From positions 32,302,001-32,366,000 of the forward strand of contig OZ024742.1 in NCBI GenBank assembly GCA_964016885.1: a DNA stretch of 64,000 nt, given 5' to 3'. Below the pieces are notes generated by a model, which did not search any database, had not been told where the DNA came from, and was given only the letters and a program-made list of their open reading frames with translations. This document shows, in pieces, positions 61,561-64,000 of this stretch (position 1 is its first letter; each line of letters begins with the position of its first letter). Position numbers and translations under genes: made by a program. This stretch comes from Eledone cirrhosa. Lineage: Eukaryota.

Positions 61561-62334
61561 AATATTGTAAGGTCTGCTTATAGCATTATCCATCTTTCAA
61601 AAATGAAGGTCCACATTTCGTCGACTTCAATACATTTTATTACATTTTATTGTATTGTAAACATTAACTTTTATGGAAATTTTATTACAAAATTTCAATT
61701 TAGTTCGATTTTTTGGAATTTATTTAACAAACATGGAAAAATAAGAAAAAGAATAAAATAAATAATAATTTGATTGCCTTTAATAAAGAAGATAAATAGA
61801 GTGGAACAGATTTCCAGGTCATACTAATGAAACAAGGTTTTTTCCATTACTGATATTATCTGTCTGCCGCAAGTCCTGGTAGAAGATGCTACACGAACTA
61901 AAGTATTTTACTGAAGGACGCAACATGCTGCAGGATCGAAGAAACGAGCCCATGACTTTATAATGGTTAGTCCAGTACCGTAACCCCTAAGGCATGTGCC
62001 TTGACAGAGGAAAGGTAAATCATATTATAACAGATTAGATGGGTACTATGTTAGATATTACTATGTGTCATATTATACCAAAGAGGAAGTGTGCTGTATA
62101 ATAAACATTGATATCAGGTTGATTCAATAACTACCCGGTCCCAAATATGAACCCATGAACTTATGGTCGTCAGTCAAACACTTTAACCATTGTATGTATG
62201 TATGTATACACGTATGGATGGATGGATAAATGTATGTATGTGTGTATGTGTGTATACATGTATGTATGGATGGATGTATGTATGGATGTATGCATGTATG
62301 TATACATTTATATATGTAAATATGTATGTGTGTA

Positions 62335-64000
62335 TGAGAACAACTGGAAGGACTTCAGGAGCTTGGTCCTATGAGGCTTCAGCAGAGGTCCTTGGCTTTG
62401 TCACAAGAAAACAAGGACTGGTTTGATGAGAATGACCAGGAGGTCAAGGCTCTGCTAGACAGAAAACAAAAGGCACTTGATGCAGTTCTTAAAGGTGGTA
62501 GCTCTGTTGGTCACAATTATGAGCATTACAGACAGGTAAAGAAGGAAGTGCAGATGAAACTCAGAGCTATGCAAAATACCTGGTGGAGCAACAAAGCAGA
62601 TGAAGTTCAAGTGGCATCTGACGGCAACAATGTGAAACTGCCGCACTTTCTACTCACAGAGGTGTATGGCCCCTTTGAGATCGAAAGATGGCAAGCAATT
62701 ACTGCGTGACCCAAAAGACACTCGACAGATAGAGAGATCACTTTGATGAGCTCTTAAACTAGGTTGATGATGATTTCATTTATTCCATTCCTATTGAACC
62801 AGTGAAGCATATGAGATGTCTAATGTATCTTCTCTTGCAGGGGGGACTTCTGTTGTGCATAAGCTGAACTGTGGTAAGTCTCCTGGTATGGATGGTCTGA
62901 GTGGAGCGGTTTTGAAGTGTTGTGGTGAAAACTTCACGCAGCGCCTGACTGACCTCATGAAAATGGTGTGGGAAGATGAGAATGTCCCACAAGAAGGATG
63001 CGCTCATGGTGATTCTCCATAAAGGAAAGGACGGCAAGGACAAATGTGGCAATTATCATGTCATATCCCTTCTTTCAGTAGTTGGTAAAGTCGTGTCGAA
63101 TATTGATGGATAGATTGATCCCAAGAGTTGCTCTGAATGTGTTGCATGAGTCGCGGTGTGGGTTCAGAAACGAAAGAGGAACAGTGGATATGATCATTTC
63201 TGTTCGGCAGCTGCAAGAAAAGTGTATCGAACAATGTATGGACCTTTACCAGGTCTTTGTTGACTTGACAAAGGCCTTTGACACTGTCAATCGAACTGCA
63301 TTATGGGAAAAAAATCAAAGGTAGGGTAGAATATTCTGCATCTTTTCCATGATGACATGAAGGCTTTGGTCAGTATTGGTGGTAGCATCTCTGAACCAAT
63401 ATCAGTTGAAAATGGAGTGAAGCAGGGGGACATTCCGGCTCCAACTCTGTTTTCCTTATATTTTACGATAGTGTTTCTCATGGCATTCAAATATTGTTCT
63501 CATGGGGTTTACATCAGGTATCGCACTTCAGGAAGGTTGTTCAACACCAGGCGCTTTGGTACAAGCACAAAAGTATTAACATCTATAATCCGAGAGTTTT
63601 TGTACGCAGACGACTGCGATCTTTTTGCACACTCACAAAGTGACATGCAGCATATTATGAATTCTTTTTCTGCAGCTTGCAGTACTTTGGGCATCACAAT
63701 AAGCTTGGAAAAGACTGTTGTGATGTATCAGCCAGCACCTGGAAACGAGTACACTGCACCAAGTGTGTACGTGTACGGAAAGAGGCTAAAAGTTGCTGAC
63801 AAGTTTGTTCACCTTGGTAGTACGTTGAACACTTCATGCACACATGATAATGAAATATCCTTAAGAATCAAGAAAGCCAGTGATGCTTTTGGACGGCTGC
63901 ATCAACGTTTATGGTCCAGACGAGGTATCACTATCGAAACCAAGGTGAAAGTGTATCTGACTTGTGTCGTCTCCTCTTTACTTTATGTTTGTGAAACGTG
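62335..64000 (+). mobile_element. Degenerate RTE (BovB-like) LINE running off the window
   Basis: DWFDENDQEVKALL, GKSPGMDG, CGFRNERGTVDMIISVRQLQEKCIEQ..FVDLTKAFDTV, GVKQG, LYADDC, ASDAFGRL; many frameshifts. Confidence 0.9.

Overview
AT-rich, repeat-dense eukaryotic (metazoan) genomic DNA. The RTE LINE/SINE complement and microsatellite load suggest an octopus or other cephalopod (inference). One host gene spans almost the whole window on the minus strand: a ZFAND2/AIRAP-family gene (two AN1 zinc fingers plus two UIM-like helices, AIRAPL/ZFAND2B architecture). I assembled it by hand from 10 GT-AG coding exons (56906 to 3985; 747 nt, 249 codons in frame); the terminal exon was not found. Upstream are an exact Pelham-consensus heat-shock element and an ETS-CRE motif. 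The introns hold a near full-length CR1-group LINE, two young RTE LINEs in opposite orientation, older RTE, mariner and piggyBac-type relics, many SINEs and a ~17.5 kb purine-rich 24-bp satellite; Helitron and R4-like relics lie in the flanks. The satellite is the most unusual part. Whole monomers are inverted exactly between AGCT palindromes, and one identical monomer occurs in both orientations in sister higher-order copies. Tx1-like retrotransposon 3' ends are joined three times next to an AGATA motif, twice at the same position of the satellite monomer.
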